64,000 bases of DNA, taken from Lytechinus pictus. Taxonomy: Eukaryota. Positions 51,163 through 64,000 of this stretch are shown piece after piece. The stretch spans positions 29,452,001 through 29,516,000 of the forward strand of contig NC_087245.1 in assembly GCF_037042905.1 (NCBI RefSeq), given 5' to 3'. The notes under the pieces were generated by a model. That model was not told where the DNA came from, did not search any database, and saw only the letters and a list, made by a program, of their open reading frames with translations. The position numbers were made by a program, and so were the translations under genes. Positions within the stretch are counted from its first letter, which is position 1. Every line of letters begins with the position of its first letter.

Positions 51163-52147
51163 CAGTGCGTATCAAAAAAAAAGTTTACATTTTGAAAAAG
51201 CCCTAGGAATTAAAAAATATGCAACATGTGGGTAATTTTTTCACATGTTATCTTGGGTTTGGGTCTCATCTATCTAATGCAAGTTAAAGTTTTGACAGAA
51301 TGTTACACTTGAGTGAGTACTGTCCATTTTTGTAAAGCTCGCAGAAATCTGTTTGCGCAGAAATGCTTGTTTTCACGCTGTGTAAAGGGGAAAGGGCGAA
51401 ATCAAACTTACCCTGCGAAACATTTCTCATCCATTTCCCTTGCACTTTTAGTCAATTGAAATTAAACGAATACATTCAAGCATTTTGTAACAATTTTGCC
51501 ACCCAAATTGAAATTTCAACACTTAGTAAGCACAACCTTTACCCTTTTTGTGCCAGCTGGATCTGAGGACTTAACTGAATCTGAACAAAAGTTTATATCA
51601 GACATCTCCAGCATTTTTCACTAAGTTTGTATCATTTAAAGTGGGTTTACATTTCATTTTTCATTTAATACTTGTTTCTCCACACTTTTCCCCAAGCTTG
51701 ACAATGATTAACAAAATGAAAATGAAGCCTAAGCCATTTTATGTAAGTCACATCTCAGTGTAAAGCAAACATCGTCACGATAGCCTCGGTGTGTGGGGGA
51801 GTGGGATGAGGCGCAATGCACTCTTCGAAGTTTTTTGGCCAAGGGAACAAGTTTAAAAAGGTAAAAGATATCTTCAAATCAATTTTACTAGCTAAATTCC
51901 TCGTGTTCTTCATGATTAAGGTCTACTTTTATTCGCATAACTATTTCAGAGTTCTGCGCAAATCATTTTTCACTAACTTTTCAAAAGTAAGTGGTGCTCA
52001 TTCAGGCGGAAATATTTTTCGACAGTTATATCGTCATTTGCTTAAGTGGATCTGTACCAATGTTAAATTGTGGAAAAATCTTCAGGATATTACAAATATA
52101 TAATTTTACAGGATTTTTTCTAAATGTAAACATTTTTTTGATACGCA
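51163..52147. mobile_element. Tc1/mariner-like non-autonomous element (~985 bp)
   Basis: ta|cagtgcgtatcaaaaaaaaagtttacattt ... aaatgtaaacatttttttgatacgca, followed by (TA)n. The final ctg is missing. Same family as 26540-27518. Confidence 0.85.
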
Positions 52148-52228
52148 TATATATATATATGATATTTATATTTATATACTGTGAGAAATTATACATGTAC
52201 AACAGCTTTGGCAACTCTTTTTATCTAA

Positions 52229-52350
52229 ATATGTTGTGAAAGAAATTAATGAAGAGAACACTTTTTCCAAAGGGTAGGTAGGTCTGGGGAACCTTGACTT
52301 AGGCTACGCCTACCATTGTTCTCTTCATTAATTTCTTTCACAGCATATAT
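52229..52350 (+). mobile_element. SINE-like 3' fragment preceded by an inverted copy of its own 3' tip
   Basis: atatgttgtgaaagaaattaatgaagagaaca (52229-52260) is inverted relative to tgttctcttcattaatttctttcacagcatat (52317-52348). Confidence 0.6.
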
Positions 52351-52879
52351 ATTTATATATATTACTAGAAGAAAAGGGGTGTCCATTATGAACCTCTCAC
52401 CACTACACTTTCAAGAGAGAGTAAACAAGAGTGTTAGGTACTGCCATGGAGAATCACACACGGTGAACGGTGATGACTTAGAAAACATTAGTTTGTCCGC
52501 GCTAAATGAAGAAATGCATTAACAACAAAAGCGACCAAATATTATCCCTCATTTCCATGAAATGGTTGAAACGAGGGGCACTAATTATTTCATTTTTATT
52601 TGGACACGGACGTCGCTTGGTGTCGGAGGAAACAGCAGGCATACGAATTGGGTACGACTGGTAATTGTTGGTGTTTCTCGCCAATTTGAAATAGACTCAT
52701 TATCATTTGTTTCGGAGAAACATGGTTAGGAGATCTCTTTTTTCTCTCTCTCTCCTGGAAAATATCCTACTGTACCGATAAATAAAGTGTAGCCAATTAA
52801 AATTAATCACAGAGACACTGGTAATCTCCTTTTTTGTGGGTGCTTCGTTTGCAATAATTCGAGAAAGCTTTTTATTTCA

Positions 52880-52883
<4 letters not shown>

Positions 52884-52937
<54 letters not shown>
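52884..52937. repeat. (CT)n microsatellite
   Basis: Perfect CT run. Confidence 0.95.
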
Positions 52938-52941
<4 letters not shown>

Positions 52942-54123
52942 CGGACATGCTGGATAAAAATTATTATCAAACGTCATTATAATACCTGTGTATGACCCTG
53001 TTCCATCTTTGGAAATTCACATCAAGAAACGAACACAGAATATTATTTTTTTAACCCACAAACGGTGATTTTACAAAATATCGAATAAAAATTTTATCAG
53101 GACTTTGAGAAAACACATTTTTTTATTTTTACAATATTACAATATTTCTGTCTGTAAACGATAAGACCATTACGAACTACTATCATTGATTTTTTTTAAA
53201 TCACCGTCAAAAACGAAACAAGGACATATTCCAAATGCCATAATGAAATAATATACATCATCAAAAGACGGAAGGAAACGCTCATGCGACATTAAATTGG
53301 CGACAAAGTTTCAGTCATTTGACACGACAATTACAAAGGGCGGCAACGGAATTGTATTCCAATTGATTCTTAAACGATTGATTTTTGGAGGGTGATTGAA
53401 GCTCGTTCGTGACAGTTGACGGTCATTGAGAGGCAAAGGACGAATGAAATATATCAATATCTCTAGTTTTTGTTTTGAGCATGCACATCTTGCTTCCATT
53501 ATTATTTAATATTAGTATTAGGTGTTCTATTTACGTTGAAGTTGAGCTTTTTTTTCTTCTCTAATCTTTTTTTTTGGCATTCTGTGTTCACCGATAAAGC
53601 CTTGGAATATGGCGAAGAGATTGTTCGCTATACCGTATCCATTATTGATTAAATTTGAATGGGACATTCTCTGTGTTCGTCCTTTGTTTTTATGAAGGGG
53701 AAACTGAGATGGGATCGATACCAATATCTAAATGATTAATGTCATTCGGGAGGTACATATTTGCATTTTAAGATCAATACAAGCCGCAATAGAAGCGTTG
53801 CTGTTCCAGAAGTTTAAACAATGGAAATTTCATAGAAAGTGATTTAAACATTATGAAATGCAATCATAGTCAAAATGAGGAAAAAATACACAATGCAAAT
53901 TGATTATTATACTGCTTTCATTCATTTTCTGAAAATCTTTCGAAAGTCATCGGTACATTTTAAATTTTATTATCAATTTCAATACGTGCATAGTTCAGAA
54001 TTCATAGATCATAATTTAGATTTAGATTTTTATCCTAATTTTAAAGATGTAAATTGCATTTTTTTTTCTCATGACTTAACGTGCATTTCACTGCTTAGAG
54101 TCTAGAAGTAGAGTTTATAAAAG

Positions 54124-55659
54124 CAGCGGCGTAACAGGGGTCGGTGGCCAGGGGGGGCAAGAGCCAAAAATTTCCCGGTCATATCATGGTATGAACAGGT
54201 GCAATGGTGTAATGAGGCGACTATTTTGAGAAGGCCAGATATTGCGTATCAGGCAGAATTTATCTTTAAAAAAAAGTTGCGAGCGAGCGAAGCGAGCGAG
54301 CAAAAATTTTTGACCTTTTTAATACAAAAATCCAATTTTGTGATAGATTTTGACATGATATCCAGAGAATAATATATTTCACTCTTCTCTCTTTAGATTC
54401 CTTTTTTTGTGGTCTGTACGCCACTGTGAACAGGATTCTGTGCGGCAGTAGCGTGAAGAGTAAAAAAAAAAAACGGAAGGGCGCATTATAACACATGTGC
54501 TAAAAAGCTGCTTTATATAAGTCCCGAGCAAGCGAAGCGAGCGAGAAAAAATCACCTTTTCCTGAGAATCTAACTTTGAGCTATTTTTTATTCAGTAAAT
54601 AAAATCATATCCTACACTTTTCCTTTGCTTTTCTTTCCTCCTTTTTTTGTTGTTCTTGTTTGTAGAACTTTTTGAAGCCATGGCCCAACCAAGGAGATAT
54701 CACAGAGTGATATCTCCTTGGCCCAACCCTTCCATACGCTGTGCTGTGCGGTTGGGGTCCGGGGCGGAGCCCCCGGAACTTCTTGATATCAAAGCCATTT
54801 AAACCTCGCAGATTGCCGCTATTTTAATCAAATCGCGGGCATATACAGAATATAGCTTAATTTTACACAACAAATTTTATTCAACCCAGTTGCGTAATGA
54901 ACCAAATATTTTGAGGGAGCAAAACATTGCAATGTGGGAAAAATTTGTAAAAAGTCGCCAGCGTGCAAAGCGAGCTGGAAAAAATGCCTATTGAAATTAA
55001 ATTCTAATTATGTGATATATTTTTCCATTATATTCAGCAAATAACACCTTTTATTGTTTCCATTCATTTCATTATACGTTGTCTCATATAATTTATTTTC
55101 TTTCCTCTTGGGTGTGGAGCCAAGACCCCCCCCCCCCCGCCTGTCTGCCAGTGATTGAACGGGGGGCGTTATAGAGCCATTTGAAGGTTATAAATGAAGA
55201 GCCCCTACTGCGTGGGGTCTGGGGCAAAGCCCCGGTAGCTTATTTGCATAAAATTTAGCCCCGCATTTAGCAAGCTTAAAGCACAATGTTGTATGCAGTC
55301 CATTAGCTTTTGACTAATTACATTCTACCTTCGTTTCCCGCAATTGTTTGCCATTTTGTCATCTTTTGATTTATTTCCCACTGTGCTATTGCATTACATA
55401 GGCCTATTTTGGAATGATTTGCTCTTTCTCAGATGTTCTTCTTTCGTACATTTTCCCGCTTTCCTTCCTTTTCCATTTAAAAAAAAGTTTTTTCTTCGTT
55501 TTCTTTTCCCTTTCCTTTTCCTCCTTTCCTTTTCCCCTTTCCTTCCCCTTTCTTTCTCCCTCTTTTTTTTTCTTTTTCCCGTTTTTCTTTTATTTTCCCG
55601 GTGAAATCCGCCAGGGGGGGCAACTTGCCCCCCCTGCCCCCCCGCCTGTTACGCCACTG
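54124..55659. mobile_element. hAT-like non-autonomous element, 1536 bp
   Basis: tataaaag|cagcggcgtaacagg ... cctgttacgccactg|tataaaag. 8-bp TSD. Internal gcgagcgaagcgagc motifs. No transposase ORF. Confidence 0.9.
54690..54720. mobile_element. 31-bp P-like micro-palindrome with 7-bp TSD
   Basis: gcccaac|caaggagatatcac-aga-gtgatatctccttg|gcccaac. Confidence 0.85.
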
Positions 55660-56629
55660 TATAAAAGTAAAGTTAGGCCGGGGGAAAAATTTTGATGTTA
55701 TAAAGCTAAAATGACTCGATTTAATAGTCAGCAAACATTCAAAATGAATTAAGGGGAAGAAACAAGTCACCCATTTCAAAAAGTCGATAAATAAAGACAC
55801 ACGGTGTAACATAGGACAGATTGATTAATCTTGTCAATATTGAAGAAGAAGAGGAAAAAGAAGAAAATAAGTTTCTTCACTTTGAAATTGCTAACCCATC
55901 AAAGTCGGTGTAAAGCGGCATTTTCTCGAGGCGCCATATCCTTCACTCTCCCTTGCAAATCCAATCGAACGCGACAAACGCAGCGAAAGAATAAAAACGG
56001 GTCGAAAACACAAAATTAAGTTTGCAAACATTAAGGAGATTGGAATAAGAAAATATCTGTTTACCCACCAAATCAAATTCGGTGAAATGAAAATTGTCTT
56101 CCAGTCGTACATGTTCCTCCGATTTGGTGATGATAATACGGAGAGGACATGCTCTGTCTGACACCTCAAAACATGCCCCTTAAAAAAACAAAAGGGCGGG
56201 AAAAATATAAGGTGAGAATCTATAATTGTCATCTGTTTTGCTTGTCTAATGATGCGTCCATGCAAGTACTGTGAAATATTCGGTAAAAGCAAGAACTCCT
56301 TTAAGTGAAGGCATCTCCAAACACCATCGCGGAGTTTGGCACAATCGTTGCCGTGTCTATCTTTTTTCTTTTCTTTTTACTTTCTCACTGAAGCGCATAA
56401 ATCTTTACTTGGGGCTAAAAATCGTCTCGGCTTTTTTCAAATAAAATGATTGTGAACTTCTCGCGAGATGTTCGCGAGATGGTTTGTCTCCATCCCTCCA
56501 GCATTCCTATTATCATGGAAATTGACTGTTTGTTTAGGTATCAGTAAAATAAATGGTAAAATGCTTTAAATTATTACTGTTCAGTAAACATATAATGTCC
56601 GTATTCATTTCATGTATAAATAGACTTAC

Positions 56630-56760
56630 TATTTTTTATTATCATTATTATTATTATTACCATTATTATTACTATTATTATTATCATCATTATTATTATT
56701 ATTATTAATATTATTATTGTTATATTGTCATTATTATTATTACTGTTAATATTGTTTATT
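56630..56760. repeat. (ATT)n microsatellite
   Basis: Imperfect ATT triplets. Confidence 0.9.
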
Positions 56761-58232
56761 CTTTTGTTACTTTCCTTATTTTTTTCGTCACTGTATTTTA
56801 GCGATTGAAATGATCAGAATGATGTGGTTCCTCAAAGCTGATTAATTCATGATATTAGTCAAAAATACACTTACTTTTTCATAGAGCCTGTTTTCTGTTC
56901 ATTTTGTTACACTTATTTTTAGTGTAGTATAAAATTAATATGGTAAATATTTGAATATGATGGCGCTCTTCAGTTTACTCAGATTATTCGCGCCAACACG
57001 AACACCAGTCCCTTTCGTGCTTATCTTGGAATTCAATATCATTTCGTTATTTTTGGTTAATCATTGAATTCTGTTTCTATTTTTATAATGTTAGAAATTG
57101 ATAAGGAAATGTAAATGTTTCATCGACCCAATAGTCATGATCAGTTGAATATAGGGAATATAGGCCTATATAAGTAATAATACCCCATCATCTCCTTAGA
57201 GAAACCTAGTTAGTAAATGGCAAAAAAAAAAAAATTAAAACATCAATTTACATCACTTTAGTTTTAGTCCACAGGCCTACAGGGCGCATCTTAATTTACT
57301 CCTACTTGAGCTCGAGCGCTCAGTGCATTCAAGAAATGACTATTGATGGTGACATTATTTTATACAACAATACCAAATAAAATAAATTAATTTTGCTAGC
57401 TAAGATACGACCTTGAAATACAAGGGGCGTTTATGCACATCGATTTTTTTCTCCTACATCTTTTGATATTCTTCACAGTTTCATCGCTCAGTAGCCAGCA
57501 GATTCTATTAGGCCAGAGCAAAATATTCTTCGAAATCCTAATTACTGTGTCAAGCAATCACTGGCATTCATGGTACTGGTAATAAATCAAATTAAGGGCA
57601 GTACGTAGAAAGAAGATCTTCGTTGAAATATATCGTCTTGAAATATGACTTTTAGTTATTAACGCTTGATGGGGAAATATTAATAGATGGATGGAAATAT
57701 TAGCACGTGCAAGGTTGCTGTGTTGGCGTTCACACCGTACGACTTTGCTAATAGGATTAGGAGATCCGCGTTTTCACCCAAATCATGGTCACACAGCTGT
57801 ATCACCTAGCATCCCACACTCTCCCCCCCCCCCCCCCTCTCTCTCTCTCTCTCTGTCAAACACACTTTCATTCATACAAACCCTCACTCACCTACTCCTT
57901 ATTCAAGGTTGGATCAGCACCCCCCCCCCCCCCTGAACCAATTATAGCGCAGCGCAGCCCATCCCTCCCTCAAAATATAATTGTTTTATTTTAATAAATG
58001 CACCTTGTTAGTAAGTAAAGCCAGAGACTACCTCCCCCCCCCCCCCCCCACACTCTCCGGCTCTGGTTTTCAAGTACTGAACAAAAAGGGGAAGAGGAGA
58101 AAGGGAATAAAAATTGAAAGAGAAATGAAAAAAAAAAAAAATTGTTTTTTAAAAGTGAGAGATGGGTCGTATAACCCAATGACCATGATGACCCGGTCCG
58201 GATATTTGGTCTTGGCGATTGCACATGCATTA

Positions 58233-58410
58233 TGGTGCAGTCACATTTCCCCTACGGCGGCCGTACGGTGAGTCGAAAACAGCCGTTTTAAAAAATTTTG
58301 CACCAGCTATAAATAAAATAGGTGGTTGGAATAAAAAGGAATAAAGCAGTTGTTTTCGACTCGTCGTACGGCCGCCGCGGCGCGCCGTATTGGGGAAAAT
58401 GACTGCAGCA
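58233..58410. mobile_element. PIF/Harbinger-like MITE
   Basis: tta|tggtgcagtcacatttcccc ... ggggaaaatgactgcagca|tta. TSD TTA. Same family as 19069-19235. Confidence 0.85.
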
Positions 58411-59964
58411 TTATTGTGCATAATGGTTTATCGCCGACTACTTTCAATTAAGTATTTTTATCAGTATCTTATCGTCATCTTCATGATCTTTCCAATCGAA
58501 GTAATATTTACTCACTTGACTGTGTTTTGTTGATATTCTTGCCGTTGATTTTTGCAACGGTTCAAATTAGATCGAAGATGCAGAGGCCCTGCAGCAGTAC
58601 ATGATCCCTGACATAGCATTCCCTTTAAATTTCGCAAAATTGCAAGGCGTTGTCAGTTTCTCTCAGTTTCTCTCCAATGAAGAAGCAACTCAAATTGCTA
58701 CCCGATCCGTTATAGGGGCTACGACCTACAAAATCAGCGTGATTGTTCCGTGCCCGTACTGATATCAGTGGTACGTAGGGAGTGGAGAAAGTGCATGCCA
58801 TGTCGGAACACGAAAATGTAATAAATACCTTGAAGAACCACTGTCTCGCTTACCTGCGGAAGTGAGATAAAACAGCCCAACAGAGACCAGACAGAAAACA
58901 ACCAATATCCTAATTGTGTATAAACCTAGTGTAAACTTTTCCCTTCAGTGCTTTGACCCGAAGGAATAATAGAGGGTCCGGTTCCTAACCAAATCAAGAG
59001 TTCAATGCAGTCTATTGTTCCTTGACCCTTTTTAAGGATAATCTACCTTTTTCACAATAGATGCCGATCTCCCTTTTCATGGAACGTCATGGAAGTACCA
59101 CCGAAAACCGAAAACGGACATGACAGAAGAAGGGGGGGGGGTAACCACAGATAAAGGGGTAACCCACCTTGCGCAGGACTTTGGCCACTCTACCAACCAT
59201 AACAGTTACGTACAGTACCTGTTATGAAGCGAGAGGCGGAGGGAGGGTGGGGGAGAGAAACCAACTAGAAATTTGCAAACACTGATATCATTGATAGAAA
59301 TGTCTCCCTCGCATGTATGTATTCTTTTACATCTTACCCTTTTTCGCAACTTTCGTGGTACAGTATGTGTATATATATAGCGACATTTTCGCAATTATGA
59401 TCATGATAATAATGACACCTTTAAGACCTATTAACATGGGGCATGATCGGGGGCATACCGAGGTTTACCGAGGTTAAAATATTAATGATAGTCATGAATT
59501 TATGGACTTAATTTAAAAGCGGAGATGTTTATTATAAGGCCATCTGAGTTAATGAAAACAATAACTTGATCGATGTTGTATGATGCGGCTAACAATAAGT
59601 TGCTACAATCATGACAATCTCGATGGATGTTCGAATTCCTTGACTGTTTCTTTCCTGGAGAACCAGGCAACCCTCTTGATAAAAGACTGTAACATCTAAC
59701 AGTTGCCCAAATTATTTGTTGCTATGTCTTACAAGCCTCTGGTAAGCATTCAGCCTTTGAATAAAAGGAAGGCAGTATTATAATTTTGAGTAATTATGTA
59801 TGTTAGTTCATGTTTGATTATTATTGGAAGCGAGCGGTAGCATCAACTCTGATTCGAACCTATAGATCCGTTCACGAAACGGTATGGTATATGCTCCAAC
59901 GGACAGTGTTGCCTGAATAATTTGTCGGATGTTTTATCCTTTAATATCCGACAGTGACCAGATA

Positions 59965-60218
59965 CACTGCAAAAACTCCGGTGTTGATTTAACACCAGCC
60001 CCGGAATCTATATGTCCACACCAGAGAAGTATTTAAACAACACCAGTTTGGAATCAAACCGATGCTGCTTTAATACTAATTGGTGTTGTATAAACACCTA
60101 TTTATATCTGGTGCATGTTAGACCAAAACAAAACTAATGTTGTTTAACACTTCTCTGGTGTGGACATAATTATATAGATTCCGGGCTGGTGTTAAATCAA
60201 CACCAGAGTTTTGCAGTG
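59965..60218. mobile_element. CACTG-terminated hairpin MITE (CACTA/EnSpm-like), nested in an older MITE
   Basis: ta|cactgcaaaaactccggtgttgatttaacaccagccc ... gggctggtgttaaatcaacaccagagttttgcagtg|ta. The flanks (tatccgacagtgacca / cagccaatca) resemble the 21205/33688 family. Confidence 0.85.
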
Positions 60219-63200
60219 TATGTGCTTCGCAGCCAATCACATTCAAGGAAAGACGTTAGATCAGACAATTTTATTTGCCGACGACAATAATGAAACATCA
60301 GGGTATCGTTCATTCATTTTTCATCACCCCCCCCCCCCCCCCCGAATGAAAGATGCGATCATCCTGCTATCAGCACTATAATTCTTATAATTCTGCTCGT
60401 TAACAAACTCCATTCGGGAGATAATGTCATCATTTCAAATGAAATTAATTACATGACCAAGTCACAATATCATACTTCATTTCCCCTGTATATACATCAA
60501 CATAAATCAATCAAAAGGTCGGCGATCTATTCATCTGTTTCCAAAGGTTAATCATCGAAGCCCTGTTGATGTAATGGTATTATTCAGATTAGCGTCTGTT
60601 CTGACTGTCATTTTATACCATTAGTCTTCACATCACAACTGGAGCAGAGGTGCTGGTGGGAGAACTCGTCAAATTAAAACAAATTTCCTAAGAGACCAAG
60701 TTTTTATTCCAGCACATTGTATTATTGAAGCTTAATGCCGTGCAAAATGACTTATGTGGTATACTGATCAGTTGCATACTTGCATGTCATTATTGTCATT
60801 GACAAGTTACATTAATGTTTCATTTCTATGAATGCCTTTATTTATTTCGGAGAGTTAAGGGACCAGGGGAACTCAGTGGCGCTGGCGCTTGGGGTCAGTG
60901 GCGTTAACGGCAAACTTTATATAAAGCTGCAAGCGAGCGAATCGAGCGAGCACAATATTTGAGACCTTTTCTAAACAAAAAATCTAATTTTGTGAGAGAT
61001 TTTTTCATGATATTTAAAAATATAACATTTGTGTGTACTCTCCACTTACTTTACATCATAAATCTCGATCAAGAATACTTGAAGTGATATTAAAAAGGGT
61101 GGTAAAATAACCGGCCACACTCTATGCACTTGGTTTGCTGAGAGGAGTATTTTTTGTTTCATTGTAATGTATAACATAAACATGAACAAGTTACTCTATT
61201 CAGTCCTCGATTTTTTTTCTTTTAAGTTTCTCCACCCATTTATTTCTACAAATTTCTGAAAGGGCACTGTAAAAATTAATTCTGTTGTACATTTTATGCA
61301 TGTTAGTTAAGCCCATCACTCTAACAACTGTTGTTTAAAGTTTAATCAAGTTGCTTAAAAAGTGTAAACCATTGCTAAAAAGGTTTAAACAACTTGTTGT
61401 TAGAGTGACAGACTTATGTGGAATGTTTTCATTCATTAAACATAGGGATGTTTAGGAAAAAATGAGCGGGTCATCATGGTGTATGTACGGCAATCAATGT
61501 TATCATCATGATCATGATCGTCATGTCCTCCCTCCTTATCATCATTATCATACATTGTCATAATAATTATGATTCATCATAAAATAATAATGATGCTCGA
61601 CGGTAGATTAGGGTGGGGACGATAACACAGGCCATCCCCTACCTGAAATATTGAGAGGATATATCCCCCCACCCCCGTGATCGACACCCATGGCAAAAAG
61701 TCCAAGAAGTTAAATTGACATAAATTAGAAGATTTGTCCAGTCGAATTGTCATTTGGGCTTTTCCGACAGTCTGCTCACATTGTTATAAATTGGCACAAA
61801 ATGTTGGTAAAAAATATTGGCAAAAATCAATCACCCTTTTTCACTGAATTTACTTGAACACCTCCAACACCGGCTTAGCTGTCCGTTATACATCAAAATC
61901 TGAGAGAAGTATAATAATCAATTTTTACTAAAAAAATATTTTAAAAACAAATTCGTGCTTTGTATAACAACAAAAAATCGAACCCCTCAATTTATTGGCT
62001 TCGATTTTGACACCTTGATTCGAAACTCATTTCGACAGGTAGCAACACGTCCCATAAGACTGACGTAGTTTTTTTTTTCTCTCTTTATTTTTTTCGCTCC
62101 CCATCTTATATAACGTTAGGATTTTTTAAAGAGTATTCAATGACTCGAACCAGAGGTGGATAAAATAAGCAGTTTGGATCCAAAGAGATTATACTCTTTT
62201 TTTATCTTTTTTTTTTATCCGACCACCGCTAAAATTTTGCTTTAGCGCCATCTATAGTTTCTTCTTGTACATTCGTCCATACCTGTTTACATAGCAACCC
62301 AGCTGCCAAGCTCGACCCCGATGTTAGCAACTAGCAACGCGTGTAAATGACTGTGTTCAATCTAGCTCGATATAGGATTTCCCTGATCAAAATACAATGC
62401 TATCCGTCTCACGTACGTGCATAGCGCCAACTTAATGTGTTCCGCCATCTTGCTTGTTGGTTGCCGATAAAATGCGCATTTTCAGATTTTTTAACGCTCA
62501 GTTATTACCCATGACTGAAACATTGACCAATCAAAAACTAAGATTCTATAAGAAATATGAATATTCATATACGAGAGTATAAACATAGATAATTCAATTT
62601 TATGTGAAATTTAAACCCAATACTTCAAAATATGGTTAGTTTTATGTCTCTAAAATGACCCTTAAAACCAGAATTTTATTACTAAAAAATAAAGGTTTTC
62701 CCAAGTTGCCATGGTAACGCGGTCTGAGATATAAAAGCTTAGCAAACACTTCATTTCAGTGATCGAGGATGTATTTGTTTACGGTATACGTCTACATAAA
62801 TTATAACATTTTTTTCCAGACCATGGATGAACTTTCAAAAAGAGACATTTTAGGCAATTTTTTACGATTTCCGGCAATTTTCTGACACAGGCACCTTGAA
62901 GAGGTAATTTTTACAGAATTAGAAGAAGACATCATGGATTTTCCTAATTATCACGACGGATATGCAACTTACTTGTAAACAAATCAAACAAAGTCTATGA
63001 TACATTTTCGATAATGCAAAAAGAGACATTCAAGTCTCTGATTGAGAGCCGCAGATTGAACATTCGCACGGCGCAATGGTAGCGTTTTCGCCGAATTCGT
63101 CGGGGCGAAAACTCCAAGCGAGCCGTACCACTCACCAGTCCCGAACGCTGCGCTGTATGTTTGATGATTTATCTGGTGCCATTTCGTGCTTATAAATTAG

Positions 63201-64000
63201 TTTTTTCTACAATGCCACTATCTCATTAAAATTGTTTGTCATGATAACATTGGAAATATTATCGTTTAATGGCCCAAAGGATCGACTGTAATAAAATATA
63301 CTTTGAAATATTGTCAGAGAGTGATTAGTTAGGTGATGTTTATGGTCAGAATTTAGTCATGGCTTCGGTCGAACTTACGCGAACGCGGTCACTTGCTCAC
63401 GGGGCGAGTCGGCCTGGCCCTTTGGTGGAAGGCCGTTAGGCAACGTGCAGTGCAGCTAGAGCAGAGTTGGGGAGTTATAGGTATAAAAACACTTTGAAAT
63501 AAGTAATCTGCAAATATTTTTGTCTTATCCCTTTGGATTACTTAGATAAGAAATTCAAATTCTCAAAGTTTAAATCAAATTTTAGACAGTGACATCAAAG
63601 AGTGTATGGGGGGGGGGGGGGGGTGGGTCTTGCATGCCCCCAATTCACGAACAAGAAAAAAAAAGGATAAGGTAAGAGAATCTTGCGAAATTGTTCAATT
63701 GGATTTTTGTAACCAAAAGTCAAAATTATGCTTATGTCGCTTGCTTGCAACTATATATTTTATAAATTTTGCCTGATACGCCATATCGTAGTACCCTCAA
63801 TTATTTTCACTTGTTACGCCACTGACATGACTGATATAACATCTACTAGTTTATGATAACATTATTTGGTTGCGGGATCAAAGCATCAGCTATATAGCTA
63901 AACATTTATACTTTATGCCTGTTCAACTTCCAATACAGGTTTAGGCCTGTATTTATGAGATGTTAAGATCTATGGGTGCCTTTATTATTTTCATTTTCAA

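Noticed and set aside
60894..63825. cagtggcgttaac ... tgttacgccactg as one 2.9-kb hAT element
   Set aside because: The flanks show no TSD. More likely separate fragments of the 54124-55659 family.

Overview
AT-rich, repeat-dense eukaryotic DNA, probably intergenic or a large intron. The SINE and MITE repertoire suggests an invertebrate deuterostome such as a sea urchin (inference). I find no intact host protein-coding gene, rRNA, bona fide tRNA or CRISPR array. The window is a mosaic of non-autonomous DNA transposons (Harbinger-, Tc1/mariner-, hAT-, Kolobok-, Academ- and CACTA-like by termini and TSDs), tRNA-derived SINEs and three decayed retroelements: a CR1-group LINE tail, an RTE LINE lacking its RT core, and a Penelope-like element. 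Four signals stand out. (1) A minimal hammerhead-ribozyme-like motif with a U3-A8 core variant lies at the 3' end of the Penelope element (48741-48780, minus strand). (2) Five 20-37 bp CAWG...CWTG palindromes, each flanked by a 7-bp TSD, look like P-superfamily excision footprints. (3) A 1.09-kb nested palindrome has near-identical arms but diverged spacers. (4) A 3.5-kb Academ-like foldback is built from inverted arrays of ~176-bp units. Superfamily labels come from termini, TSDs and recalled protein motifs, not database searches. Boundaries of degraded copies are approximate.
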